From Bacteroidetes bacterium UBA3022 (lineage in GTDB: Bacteria; Bacteroidota; Bacteroidia; Chitinophagales; BACL12): a stretch of DNA of 64,000 nucleotides. Shown one piece after another: positions 18,871 to 28,100 of the stretch. A model generated the notes under the pieces. The model was not told the origin of the DNA. It saw only the letters and a program-made list of their open reading frames with translations, and made no database searches. Each line of letters begins with the position of its first letter. Within the stretch, counting starts at the first letter, position 1. The position numbers were made by a program, and so were the translations under genes. The stretch covers positions 20,986 to 84,985 of the forward strand of contig DDYY01000055.1 in the NCBI GenBank assembly GCA_002346225.1. The letters run 5' to 3'.

Positions 18871-18898
18871 GGAAACTTATTTTAGTTTAAAAGTTTCC
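18871..18898. promoter_or_regulatory. Candidate TetR operator (inverted repeat)
   Basis: GGAAACTT-N12-AAGTTTCC has perfect 8-bp arms and lies 30-57 nt upstream of the tetR start. Confidence 0.45.
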
Positions 18899-18930
18899 AA
18901 AGTTTTTAGATTATTTAACAATTGCTTCAA

Positions 18931-19056
18931 ATGGATGCTTAGGTTAACGATTGATAAACTCCTACCGAGGCTCCTCAATCAGTTCTAAATCCATTCAATG
19001 CACTCCAAGCAATGTAGGTCAGATGTCCCCCCGGACGGGGGGCGAAGGGGGGTGAT
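18931..19056 (+). repeat. Repeat unit C (copy R1) ending in the hairpin core
   Basis: ATGGATGCTTAGGTTAACGATTGATAAACTCC..AATGTAGGTCAGAT plus the core at 19025..19056. It is homologous to 19480..19604 and 20215..20341. Confidence 0.85.
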
Positions 19057-19151
19057 TTGGAAATAGTATTTCATCAGTAGGTTTATCTTCAAAAGCTTCT
19101 TCCACTTTTCTTTGGGTAAAGGTGGGCCGAGAACAAGGCAAGACTTATTAA

Positions 19152-19250
19152 ATCACCCCTCCCCCTGCGGGTACTCCCTTTAACCCGATAGTTATCGGGT
19201 CAAACCGGGGAGACGCTTTCTATAAATGCTTGTAATAAGCTTTAACTGAG
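19152..19250 (-). repeat. Repeat unit A, nested-palindrome variant (copy R2, reverse orientation)
   Basis: ATCACCCCTCCCCCTGCGGGTACTCCCTTTAACCCGATAGTTATCGGGTCAAACCGGGGAGAC followed by GCTTTCTATAAATGCTTGTAATAAGCTTTAACTGAGCC. This is the reverse complement of the L4/L2 type. Confidence 0.85.
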
Positions 19251-19311
19251 CCTTCTAAATCATTTCCAATTTCATTCCATGTACTCCAGGCAACGTAAGG
19301 TAGAGGTACTC

Positions 19312-19604
19312 ATCACCCCCCTTCACCCCCCGTCCGGGGGGACACTTTCTATAAATGCTTGTTATAAGCTGAAAAGTTTGGTTACCAACATATTTGTGTA
19401 GTTACTGAACCTCCTGCGGCGGGTAATTCCTCCGAAGGCGGATAGGGGATTGATTCGATGCTCCTGTTCTTATTCACAATGGATGCTGTGGTTAACGATT
19501 GACAAACTCCAACTGAGCCTCCTAAATCAGTCCGTAACGAATTCCATTATTTCCAATCATGGTAGGTCAGAAGTCCCCCCGGACGGGGGGTGCAGGGGGG
19601 TGAT
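19312..19604. repeat. MITE-like unit M1 (293 bp) with inverted 32-nt hairpin cores at both ends
   Basis: The left end ATCACCCCCCTTCACCCCCCGTCCGGGGGGAC (19312..19343) and right end GTCCCCCCGGACGGGGGGTGCAGGGGGGTGAT (19573..19604) are inverted at 30/32. The layout is reverse unit A, a linker, then unit C. Confidence 0.8.
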
Positions 19605-19610
19605 AAAACA

Positions 19611-20006
19611 TCACTTTTTTTCAGGAAAACTGGAAGCATAATTCTCCAATACTTCCCTAATGTCATCAATATTATTGAATACCTGATCATCAGAAAAGCG
19701 AAGTACTTTCAAATTCATTCGTTCAAAAAAAGCATCTTTTTCTCTATCGTTTTCAATGGTTTCCAAGTATGTATCGTGGGTATAACCATCTACCTCAATT
19801 ACCAGATTCAACTCCTGACAATAGAAATCAGCAATGAATTTCCCCAATGGAACCTGCCGCCTGAATCTAAAACCCCTGAGCTGCCTTTTACGCAATACTT
19901 CGCACCACAGGCGAACCTCAGCTTTTGTGCTGTTGTTTCTGTGGACAGCTGCATAGGTGTTCAAGTACTTCTTATATAATCTTCGCATATTGGTTAAGCA
20001 CAACAA
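19611..20006 (-). CDS. DUF559 domain endonuclease-like protein (Vsr/restriction-endonuclease-like fold)
   Basis: 131 aa (125 aa if the ATG at 19988 is used). It has the typical DUF559 layout: NSTKAEVRLWCEVLRKRQLRGFRFRRQVPLGKFIADFYCQELNLVIEVDGYTHD...REKDAFFERMNLKVLRF. Confidence 0.85.
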   Translation of the reverse strand: MLCLTNMRRLYKKYLNTYAAVHRNNSTKAEVRLWCEVLRKRQLRGFRFRRQVPLGKFIADFYCQELNLVIEVDGYTHDTYLETIENDREKDAFFERMNLKVLRFSDDQVFNNIDDIREVLENYASSFPEKK

Positions 20007-20026
20007 TGGTAATAAATTAGTTAGAA

Positions 20027-20341
20027 ATCACCCCCCTTCACCCCCCGTCCGGGGGGACGCTTTCTATAAATGCTTGTAATAAGCTGAAAAGTTTGGGTAC
20101 AAATTTTATGCGCGAAGCTCTTTTCCCGCGTAGGGCGGGAAGGCCCTCCTGCGGCGGGTAAACACTCTTAAAGCAGGCCTGGAGTTGATTTGATGCTACA
20201 TTTCAATTTCGCTATATACGCGCTATGGTTTACGATTGATAAACTTCAACTGAGCCTCCTAAATCAGTCCGTAACGAATTCTATTATTTCCAATCATGGT
20301 AAGTCAGAAGTCCCCCCGGACGGGGGGAGAAGGGGGGTGAT
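20027..20341. repeat. MITE-like unit M2 (315 bp) with inverted 32-nt hairpin cores at both ends
   Basis: Reverse core at 20027..20058 and forward core at 20310..20341. The first ~70 bp and last ~110 bp closely match M1 by eye, while the middle has diverged. Confidence 0.8.
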
Positions 20342-20414
20342 TTGGATGTTTTGCCTGCAATGCTCGTACATGTCGATTAGCAACACACTTCAACTCGCCC
20401 TTCTCCAGCAGGCA

Positions 20415-20442
20415 TAAAAAAAGGCCCGTTGAAAAACGGGCC
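20415..20442 (-). terminator. Rho-independent terminator after susD
   Basis: On the minus strand, GGCCCGTTTTTCAACGGGCC is followed by TTTTTTT, about 22 nt after the SusD stop. Confidence 0.8.
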
Positions 20443-20464
20443 TGATATTGTTGTCACCACACCA

Positions 20465-22042
20465 TCAATAACCGGGGTTTTGCACCAGATTCTGATTGGC
20501 AGTAATATCTGCAAATGGTAATGGATAAAGATTGAAGTTTTCAGGAATACTGGTTCCGTTGGGATCATTTCCTTTCCACTGCCATACATAAGCACTTCCG
20601 GAGAACAAGCCATAACGCACCAGATCTGTACGGCGATGACCTTCCCAGTAAAGCTCACGCATGCGCTCATTCAACACGTCCTCCAGCGTTATGCTTCCCG
20701 CATTGTTGGATGCATCTCCGTAAGCGCGCTCACGCAGTTGGTTGAACAATGCCAATCCAGTTCCTACATCTCCACCACCGCGCAGGGCTGCTTCTACATA
20801 CATCAGGTATACATCAGCCAGACGGAACAGAGGGAAGTCGATGTCAACAAACTGACCTACAGGATCAGAGCCTGCCTCACCAGCCTGGGTAACATTTTTC
20901 CACTTGGCTACCGCATAACCATTGGTAAATTCCTGAACAGTATCTACACTCAATGTTTGTCCGTCGGTATAGAATATGTACCGTCCGTCCTCTGTATCAG
21001 GAAATGCATTGGGAAGGGTCGGTAAGGCGCGCAAACCGGCCCAGCCATTCGCTACACCAAAATCACCGGCAGGCATGCTACCACCAATGGAAGCATGTAC
21101 CAGGAAGCTGGTTCCACCATAGGTCTGTGTATTCAAACCATCGTAGGTAACAGGGAATATAATCTCGTTGCTCAGGTGGTTATCGGCAAAGAACAGATGC
21201 TCGTAATTGGGTTCCAGAGAGTAACCTGCATCGATAACTTTCTGGCAATAGGTAACACAGTCTGCATAGCGGTTGGTACCGCGATATACTTCTGCATTCA
21301 GGTACATCTTAGCTAATAATGTCCATACGGCGGCTTTGTCGGCACGCGCATATTCATTGGCCCTTGCATCTACCATCAGGTTTTCCAGTTCCAGCAACTC
21401 TCCTTCAATATAATCGAAGAGATCTGCGCGCTGAATCTGTTCCGGGAAGCCGGCTCCCGGCAGGTCTTCTTCGGTTACAAAAGGTACATTACCGAACAAG
21501 TCCATCGCATGGTAGTAGCTTAGCGCACGCAGGTAACGGGCCTCCGCCTGATATACACGGATGCGTTCCTGATCGGCTGCGGCGAATCCTTTTTCATTCA
21601 TCCAGTCATCTGAACAGTAGCGGATGAACTCGTTACAGAGTGGAATTTGATAGAAAATTCTGTAATACATCGCCTGAACGAAATTGCTGGTGGAGTTCCA
21701 TGTGCCGCTGTTCAACTCGGGAATACCCGGGTCATTCCAGCCACAGATAGCTTCATCAGTAGGCAGCTCCTGCAGGTTCCACAATACGCGAACGTATGCC
21801 GAGAAACCTTCGTCAATACCGCTGATGTCAGGGCTACCCGCAGGTCCCTGGTTACCGGTGATGGATAAGCCGGCATACAGCTTGGCCAACACGTTGATGT
21901 AGTTGTCGGGATCTGAATATACCGCTTCCGTGTTCAAGCCGTACTTAGGCGTGAGATCCAGCTCCTTGAAGCAGGAACTGAATAACATGCTGACAGTTGC
22001 AAGGGTGGTCAGACTCCATATATATTCTCTTTTCATATTCAT
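20465..22042 (-). CDS. susD: SusD/RagB family nutrient-binding outer membrane lipoprotein
   Basis: 525 aa with lipobox MLFSSCF. The TPR-like helical N-half (YSDPDNYINVLAKLYAGLS, QAMYYRIFYQIPLCNEFI) and its position immediately downstream of SusC support the call. Confidence 0.92.
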   Translation of the reverse strand: MNMKREYIWSLTTLATVSMLFSSCFKELDLTPKYGLNTEAVYSDPDNYINVLAKLYAGLSITGNQGPAGSPDISGIDEGFSAYVRVLWNLQELPTDEAICGWNDPGIPELNSGTWNSTSNFVQAMYYRIFYQIPLCNEFIRYCSDDWMNEKGFAAADQERIRVYQAEARYLRALSYYHAMDLFGNVPFVTEEDLPGAGFPEQIQRADLFDYIEGELLELENLMVDARANEYARADKAAVWTLLAKMYLNAEVYRGTNRYADCVTYCQKVIDAGYSLEPNYEHLFFADNHLSNEIIFPVTYDGLNTQTYGGTSFLVHASIGGSMPAGDFGVANGWAGLRALPTLPNAFPDTEDGRYIFYTDGQTLSVDTVQEFTNGYAVAKWKNVTQAGEAGSDPVGQFVDIDFPLFRLADVYLMYVEAALRGGGDVGTGLALFNQLRERAYGDASNNAGSITLEDVLNERMRELYWEGHRRTDLVRYGLFSGSAYVWQWKGNDPNGTSIPENFNLYPLPFADITANQNLVQNPGY

Positions 22043-22047
22043 AATAT

Positions 22048-25017
22048 TTAAAAGTTGAAGTTAAGGTTCACACCGTACGTCCTTGGACGCGGATAGAAAT
22101 TATTATCGATACCGCCACCCACTTCCGGATCAATTCCGGAGTAGCTGCTGATAACTAACGCATTCTGGATAATGAAGGTTGCGCTCAGACCTACCTGGTC
22201 GGCAATGATATTACCGAAATTGTAACCCAGATAGAGGTTATCCAGACGCAGGTAAGAAGCGCTTTCCAGATAGTAATCAGTAAGGTATTGTGGTGTCTGG
22301 AATACAGTATTCACATAGTCGCTGGTCATGTTGGCCAGGTAACCTTTAGTAGAACCTACGTTGAAGTAGTTACCCAGACTGGAGTTGACGTTGTTGTAAA
22401 CATACTGACCAAACTCACCGCGTAAACTGAAACCGGCTGTCCATTTCTTGTAGTTGAAATTGGAGAAGAAACCGATAAACAGGTTCGGTGCAGGGTTGCC
22501 GTCGAAACGCACGATATCGTCAGGGTTGATCACGCCATCGCCATTCTGGTCAACGTATTCACCTTCAATAGGTGAACCGTCCTCGGCATAAACCTGCTCA
22601 TAAGTATAGAAGGTGAAAACAGGGAATCCTACAGAGTGGATCTGGATGGTGTTACCCACACCGCCTGAAATACCACCTACCAGAATGCCCGGATCATCTT
22701 CATTCTCCAGTACGTTCAGTTTAGTGATTTCGTTGCGGTTGAAAGTAGCATTTCCACCAAACTCGAGGGTCATATTCTCATTGTCAATAGCCACGTAGTT
22801 CAACGAGATTTCCATACCAGTGTTCAACATGCTTCCTACGTTGGTAAGGAGCTGGTTGGTGAAGTTGGTTCCGGCAGGAATAGGAATGATACTCAACAGG
22901 TCTTCTGTAGTCTTGCGGTACACATCGATGGCACCGTTCCAGCGGTTGTTGTTGAACCCGAAATCAAGACCCACGTTGATACTGGTGGTTTCTTCCCATT
23001 TGATATTGGGATCGTAACCGTCCGGACGCAACACGGTATAGAATACATCGCCAAACTGGTACTGTGCTGTGCTGGTACCTTCGGCATAATTAGCAATGTA
23101 AGGATAGTCAGAGAAAATATCCTGCTGACCGGTAATACCCCATCCTACGCGTAATTTCAGGAAAGAAAGGGACTGAATGTCTTTAAACAGGCTTTCTTCA
23201 CTCAAGCGCCATGCAAACGCCACAGAGGGGAAAAGACCCCAGCGGGTATCAGGACTGAAGCGGGAAGAACCGTCATTACGCAGGGTAGCGGTAAGGATGT
23301 ATTTCTCGGCAAGGTTGTAGTTCAAACGACCGTAGAATGACATCAGCGCATTGTCGGTAAAGAAGGGCAGACCCGGAGGCGTGATGGTATCACCTGCTAC
23401 GTTCAAATCGGGTTGCTCAGGGCTTTCTGTGCTCCAGTACTGGAAAGAGTATCCACCCGTAAGATCCACTGTGCTCTTCAGCGCTCTCAGATCAGTCTTA
23501 TAGTTGAAGTAGGTATCCAGTACCCTGTTCACCTTGGTTTGCTCGTATTTGTTATTGACACCGCCTCTCAGGAAATCAGACGCCGCCTCGGCAGGCACAA
23601 ACACTGTTCCGTTACTGTTGGCGAAGTCACCACCCACGTTTACTATCAGGTGCAAATCTTCCATGAAGTGTGTGGTGTAGTCCAGCATCACATTACCAAT
23701 GAACCTGTTCACAGAACTCTCGTCCTGGCGCTGCATCAGCAGACCAAGCGGGTTGCGGGGTGCCAGTGCATTTGGATTGCCATTGCCGCTTACCCATTCG
23801 AAGTAACCGCCAAATTCATCCGTACCGGAAGTAACTGACTGGGTCGGATCGAACGTAACAGCAGAACCAATGGCTCCGGTATTGGCAAACACATTCTGTA
23901 CATTGTAGTACTTGGCGTTCACATCTACCTTTAAATGATTGTTGATCAGATTCGGGCTCAGGTTCAGCGTAGCACCCACACGATCCATCTCAGATGTTTT
24001 CAAAATACCTTCTGTGTGGTTAAACTCCAGACCTAAGCGGTAAGGAAGGTTCTTAACACCACCGGAAAGCGAGAGGTTGTTGTCTGTGGCAAAACCTACC
24101 TGGTAGATTTCGCGCTGCCAGTCTGTTTCACTTTCGCCTAGCAGGTTGATCTGTGTAGCATTGCCATGTGCCAGCACCGTATCGCGAAATTGCTGAGCAC
24201 CCAGAACGTCCACATAATTCACAATCTGGCTGATGGAGTTATTGGTAGAGAAGCCAACATTCAGTTTGCTGGACGCTGCTCCCTTTTTAGTAGTGATGAT
24301 GATGACCCCATTGGCGGCGCGTGAACCATAGATGGCGGCTGCAGAAGCATCTTTCAGTACAGTGAAGGTTTCAATATCATCGGGGTTTAACAACGAGAGC
24401 GGGTTGGAAGCTCCGGAAATTCCACCGTTATCGACAGGCACACCATCAATCACAATCAACGGATCGTTGGAGGCGTTCAAAGAAGTACCACCGCGAATAC
24501 GGATGCGGCTACCGGCACCCGGCTGACCACTGTTGGAGGTGATTTGCACCCCGGCAACCTTACCCACTACCAACTGCTCTGGAGTGGCGAAGTTACCTTT
24601 CTGGAAATCTTTGGTGCTGACCGCAACCACCGAACCGGTAAGGTCTTTTGTTTGGGTAGTACCATAACCAATTACTACCGCCTCTTCCAGGATATTTACA
24701 TCCTCGAACAGCGTTAGTGAAAGGGTTTTGGTCTCTCCGGCTGCAAAAGTCATGGTGGTGGTTTCTTTCTTGAATCCCACAAAACTTATCTGCACGTTAT
24801 AAGTGCCGGGAGTAATGCTTTCAACGGTATAGTTACCGTCAAAATCAGTAATGGCACCGATGGTGGTGCCTTCTAAAAACACGGTTACACCGAGTAGCGG
24901 CTCACCGGCTTCGTCCTGAATGTTTCCCCTCAGCGTAGCATTCTGTGCTGCCAGGAGCACCGGAACGAACAGCGAGAGCATCAGGAACAGTCGCTTTGTT
25001 AAGTAACGATTGATCAT
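22048..25017 (-). CDS. susC: SusC/RagA family TonB-linked outer membrane protein
   Basis: The ATG at 25017 gives MINRYLTKRLFLMLSLFVPVLLAAQ. A carboxypeptidase-regulatory-like N-domain (LRGNIQDEAGEPLLGVTVFLEGT), the plug (VVIGYGTTQTKDLTGSV, RIRIRGGTSLNASNDPLIVIDG) and the C-terminal barrel ending LNFNF are present. Confidence 0.95.
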   Translation of the reverse strand: MINRYLTKRLFLMLSLFVPVLLAAQNATLRGNIQDEAGEPLLGVTVFLEGTTIGAITDFDGNYTVESITPGTYNVQISFVGFKKETTTMTFAAGETKTLSLTLFEDVNILEEAVVIGYGTTQTKDLTGSVVAVSTKDFQKGNFATPEQLVVGKVAGVQITSNSGQPGAGSRIRIRGGTSLNASNDPLIVIDGVPVDNGGISGASNPLSLLNPDDIETFTVLKDASAAAIYGSRAANGVIIITTKKGAASSKLNVGFSTNNSISQIVNYVDVLGAQQFRDTVLAHGNATQINLLGESETDWQREIYQVGFATDNNLSLSGGVKNLPYRLGLEFNHTEGILKTSEMDRVGATLNLSPNLINNHLKVDVNAKYYNVQNVFANTGAIGSAVTFDPTQSVTSGTDEFGGYFEWVSGNGNPNALAPRNPLGLLMQRQDESSVNRFIGNVMLDYTTHFMEDLHLIVNVGGDFANSNGTVFVPAEAASDFLRGGVNNKYEQTKVNRVLDTYFNYKTDLRALKSTVDLTGGYSFQYWSTESPEQPDLNVAGDTITPPGLPFFTDNALMSFYGRLNYNLAEKYILTATLRNDGSSRFSPDTRWGLFPSVAFAWRLSEESLFKDIQSLSFLKLRVGWGITGQQDIFSDYPYIANYAEGTSTAQYQFGDVFYTVLRPDGYDPNIKWEETTSINVGLDFGFNNNRWNGAIDVYRKTTEDLLSIIPIPAGTNFTNQLLTNVGSMLNTGMEISLNYVAIDNENMTLEFGGNATFNRNEITKLNVLENEDDPGILVGGISGGVGNTIQIHSVGFPVFTFYTYEQVYAEDGSPIEGEYVDQNGDGVINPDDIVRFDGNPAPNLFIGFFSNFNYKKWTAGFSLRGEFGQYVYNNVNSSLGNYFNVGSTKGYLANMTSDYVNTVFQTPQYLTDYYLESASYLRLDNLYLGYNFGNIIADQVGLSATFIIQNALVISSYSGIDPEVGGGIDNNFYPRPRTYGVNLNFNF

Positions 25018-25188
25018 ACGTAATAGGTTTTTGGTAATATGATTGTTAGAAGTCATTACATACCTCTATTTAAAATGCCCCGAAAATTAAGAATTTTTTC
25101 AGTTATTTATATTCTTATTAAAAAGCGTCAATTTTGATTAATTAATTATTAAACATTGCTGTCATTTGGTTAAAATATCTTTGTTGCT

Positions 25189-28100
25189 ATGTTTCAGCGG
25201 TTTATCTTACTCCTACTGACGTACAATGCCTGTTTTCCCCTGGCAGAGCTACCGGCCCAACAACCGGATTTCAAGCTGCTGTCACCCGAAAAATCCGGCA
25301 TAGACTTCATAAATCTCCTGGAGGAAGACTCGCTGCGCAACGTGCTGAACTATCAATACCTTTATAATGGTGGCGGTGTGGCCGCAGGCGATATCAATAA
25401 CGATGGCTGGTGCGACCTGTTCTTCACCGGCAATGCTGTTCCCGATCAATTGTACCTGAACAATGGCGATGGCACCTTTCGCAATATCAGCACTGCTGCG
25501 GGCATCAATAAAAACAATGGCTGGTCTACAGGAGTTGCCATGGCCGATATCAATAACGATGGCTGGCTGGACATCTATGTCTGTCGCTCCGGAAAGTTCG
25601 GAACAGAGCGCCGCAGCAATCAGCTGTGGATGAACAATGGCAACCTGACTTTTACCGAATCTGCCGCCGCCTATGGTCTGGATGATGATGCACAGTCCAC
25701 TCAGGCCGCCTTTTTCGATTTCGATCGCGACGGTGACCTGGATATGTTCCTCCTGAACCATTCGGTGAAACAGTACAGCAACTTCAACGTGCAGGAATTG
25801 CGCAACGAACGCGACCCCAAAGCGGGCAACAAGCTGTACCGCAATGACGGCGCCCGCTTCACGGATATCAGCGCCGAAGCAGGTATTATCGGTAACCCCA
25901 TCAACTTCGGTCTGGGCGTGTGTATTACCGATATCGATAACAACGGCTGGCCCGACATTTTTTGTACCAGTGATTATCAGGAACAGGATTTTCTGTACCT
26001 GAACCTGAAAAACGGAACCTTCGCACAGGTGATGCAATACGCTACCGGGCACACTTCCCTCTTCTCGATGGGAACAGATTTCGGCGATATCAACAACGAT
26101 GGCTTTGTCGATTTTGTAGTGGCAGACATGTTGCCCGCCGATAACCACCGCCAGAAGCTTTTGAAAGGTCCCCAAAAATACGATGCCTACCAGCTGGGGG
26201 TGAACTACGGATTCCACCATCAGCTGATGCGCAATACCCTGCAACTCAACAATGCCAATGGCACCTTTAGCGAAATTGGGCAACTGGCAGGAGTGCAGGC
26301 CACCGACTGGAGCTGGGCACCGCTGCTTGCAGACTTCAATAACGACGGATTCCTGGACCTGTACATCACCAATGGCTACCGCCGCGATTTCACCAACATG
26401 GATTTCCTGAAGTACACCTATAACGAAGAGCTCAATAAGGCTGCAGCAGAAGGGCGTACGCTGTCCATGCTGGATCTGGTTAACCAGATGCCTTCCGTTA
26501 AGTTATCGAACTACCTCTATTACAATAATGGTGACCTCAGCTATACGGATGTTACCGAAAAGTGCGGTATGCACCTTCCCACTTTCTCCAATGGTGCTGC
26601 ATATGCCGACCTCGATAACGACGGCGATCTGGATGTGGTGGTAAACAACATCAACGAAACCGCTTCCATCTGGATCAATCAATCCGCCGGCGGTTTCCTC
26701 ACCGTGCAGCTCAAGGGTCCCGCTTTCAATCCTTTCGGTCTGGGTGCCAAAGTGATTGTGGAGGGTCGTTCGGGGAAACAATTCAGGGAGCTGTATCCTG
26801 TGCGCGGCTATCAGTCTTCTATGGACTATAAACTGCATTTCGGACTGGGCAGAGAGTTCTCTGTGAATGTGCGCATTGAATGGCCAGACGGCCAAGTACA
26901 GGAGGTAAAACAGGTGCGCACGCAAACCCATCTGGTAGTGGACTATGCCGATCAATCTATACAAAGTAATCAACCTGCCCCCGGTTTGCCGGTTCCGCTG
27001 CTCGAACAGAAAGTGCTATCTAATTTGAATTATTCTTATGCACAAAATACCTATGTAGATTATAAGCGGGAGCCTTTACTAACATGGACATTCTCCAATC
27101 CGGGTCCCGACATGGCCAGTGGCGATATGAATGGCGATGGCATCACAGATGTGTATATCAGCGCTGCCAAAGGAAACAGTGGTCTGCTGCTATGGGGAAA
27201 TAAAGACGGCACTCTGCTTCCTGCATCGACACCACCGATCGCAGGACCCGCACCGCACGATGAGGCAGCTGTTGCTTGCTTCGACGCCGACAATGATGGT
27301 GACATGGACCTCCTCATTGCCTATGGGGGTAATGAAACGGCCCTGGACAGCAGCAACTATTTACCGGTACTGCTGCTCAACAATGGAAAAGGTAAATTCA
27401 CTGCTGCGCCGCAACAGTTGCCTGATATTCATATAAGTGCTTCCTGCATTCGTCCCTGCGATATGGATGGAGATGGGGACCTGGATTTATTCATCGGTGC
27501 CGCGTTGCTACCGGGAAAATACCCTCTTTCCACTTCGAGTTTCTTACTGGAAAACAAAGGTGGTTTTTTTGAAGATATTACCGACAGGATTTGTCCTGCA
27601 CTGCGGAATGCGGGCATGGTTACAGACGCTGTTTGGGACGATATAGATGACAATGGATTTCCCGATTTACTGATTACCGGTATGTGGATGCCCCTGCGCA
27701 TATTCCGTCAATTCGATGAAGGTATGTCGGAGCTGATAGACAACAATGGATTTTCGCAATACAGCGGCTGGTGGAATTGTCTGCTTCCCTTCGATGCCGA
27801 TGGAGACGGCGATCTCGATTTGCTGGCCGGTAACACAGGCACTAATTTCAGCTATCGAGCCAGCCTGGAAAAACCCGTGCAATTGTACGCAAAAGACTTC
27901 GACGGTAACGGCACCATCGATCCTATACTCTGTGCCTATATGGGCGATACCCTCTTTCCCATGGTTTCCAGAGACGATTTGCTGGACCAGATTAACCCAT
28001 TGAAAAAGCGCTTTGTGCGCTATGCATCTTATGCAGACGCCACGATGGAAACCATTTTTCCCAACGTGGATCTGCAATCTGCGCTGTTGTTCCGCGCTAC

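Noticed and set aside
19590-19979. 129-aa plus-strand ORF overlapping the DUF559 gene
   Set aside because: It is antisense to an ORF with the full DUF559 signature. Its own translation is Ile/Phe/Asn-rich with no motif.
11549-20341. Possibility that the recurring 32-nt G-rich hairpins form a CRISPR array
   Set aside because: Spacing is irregular (129 and 198 bp, and up to several hundred bp). The intervening sequences are themselves homologous to each other. Copies occur in both orientations. No cas genes are present.
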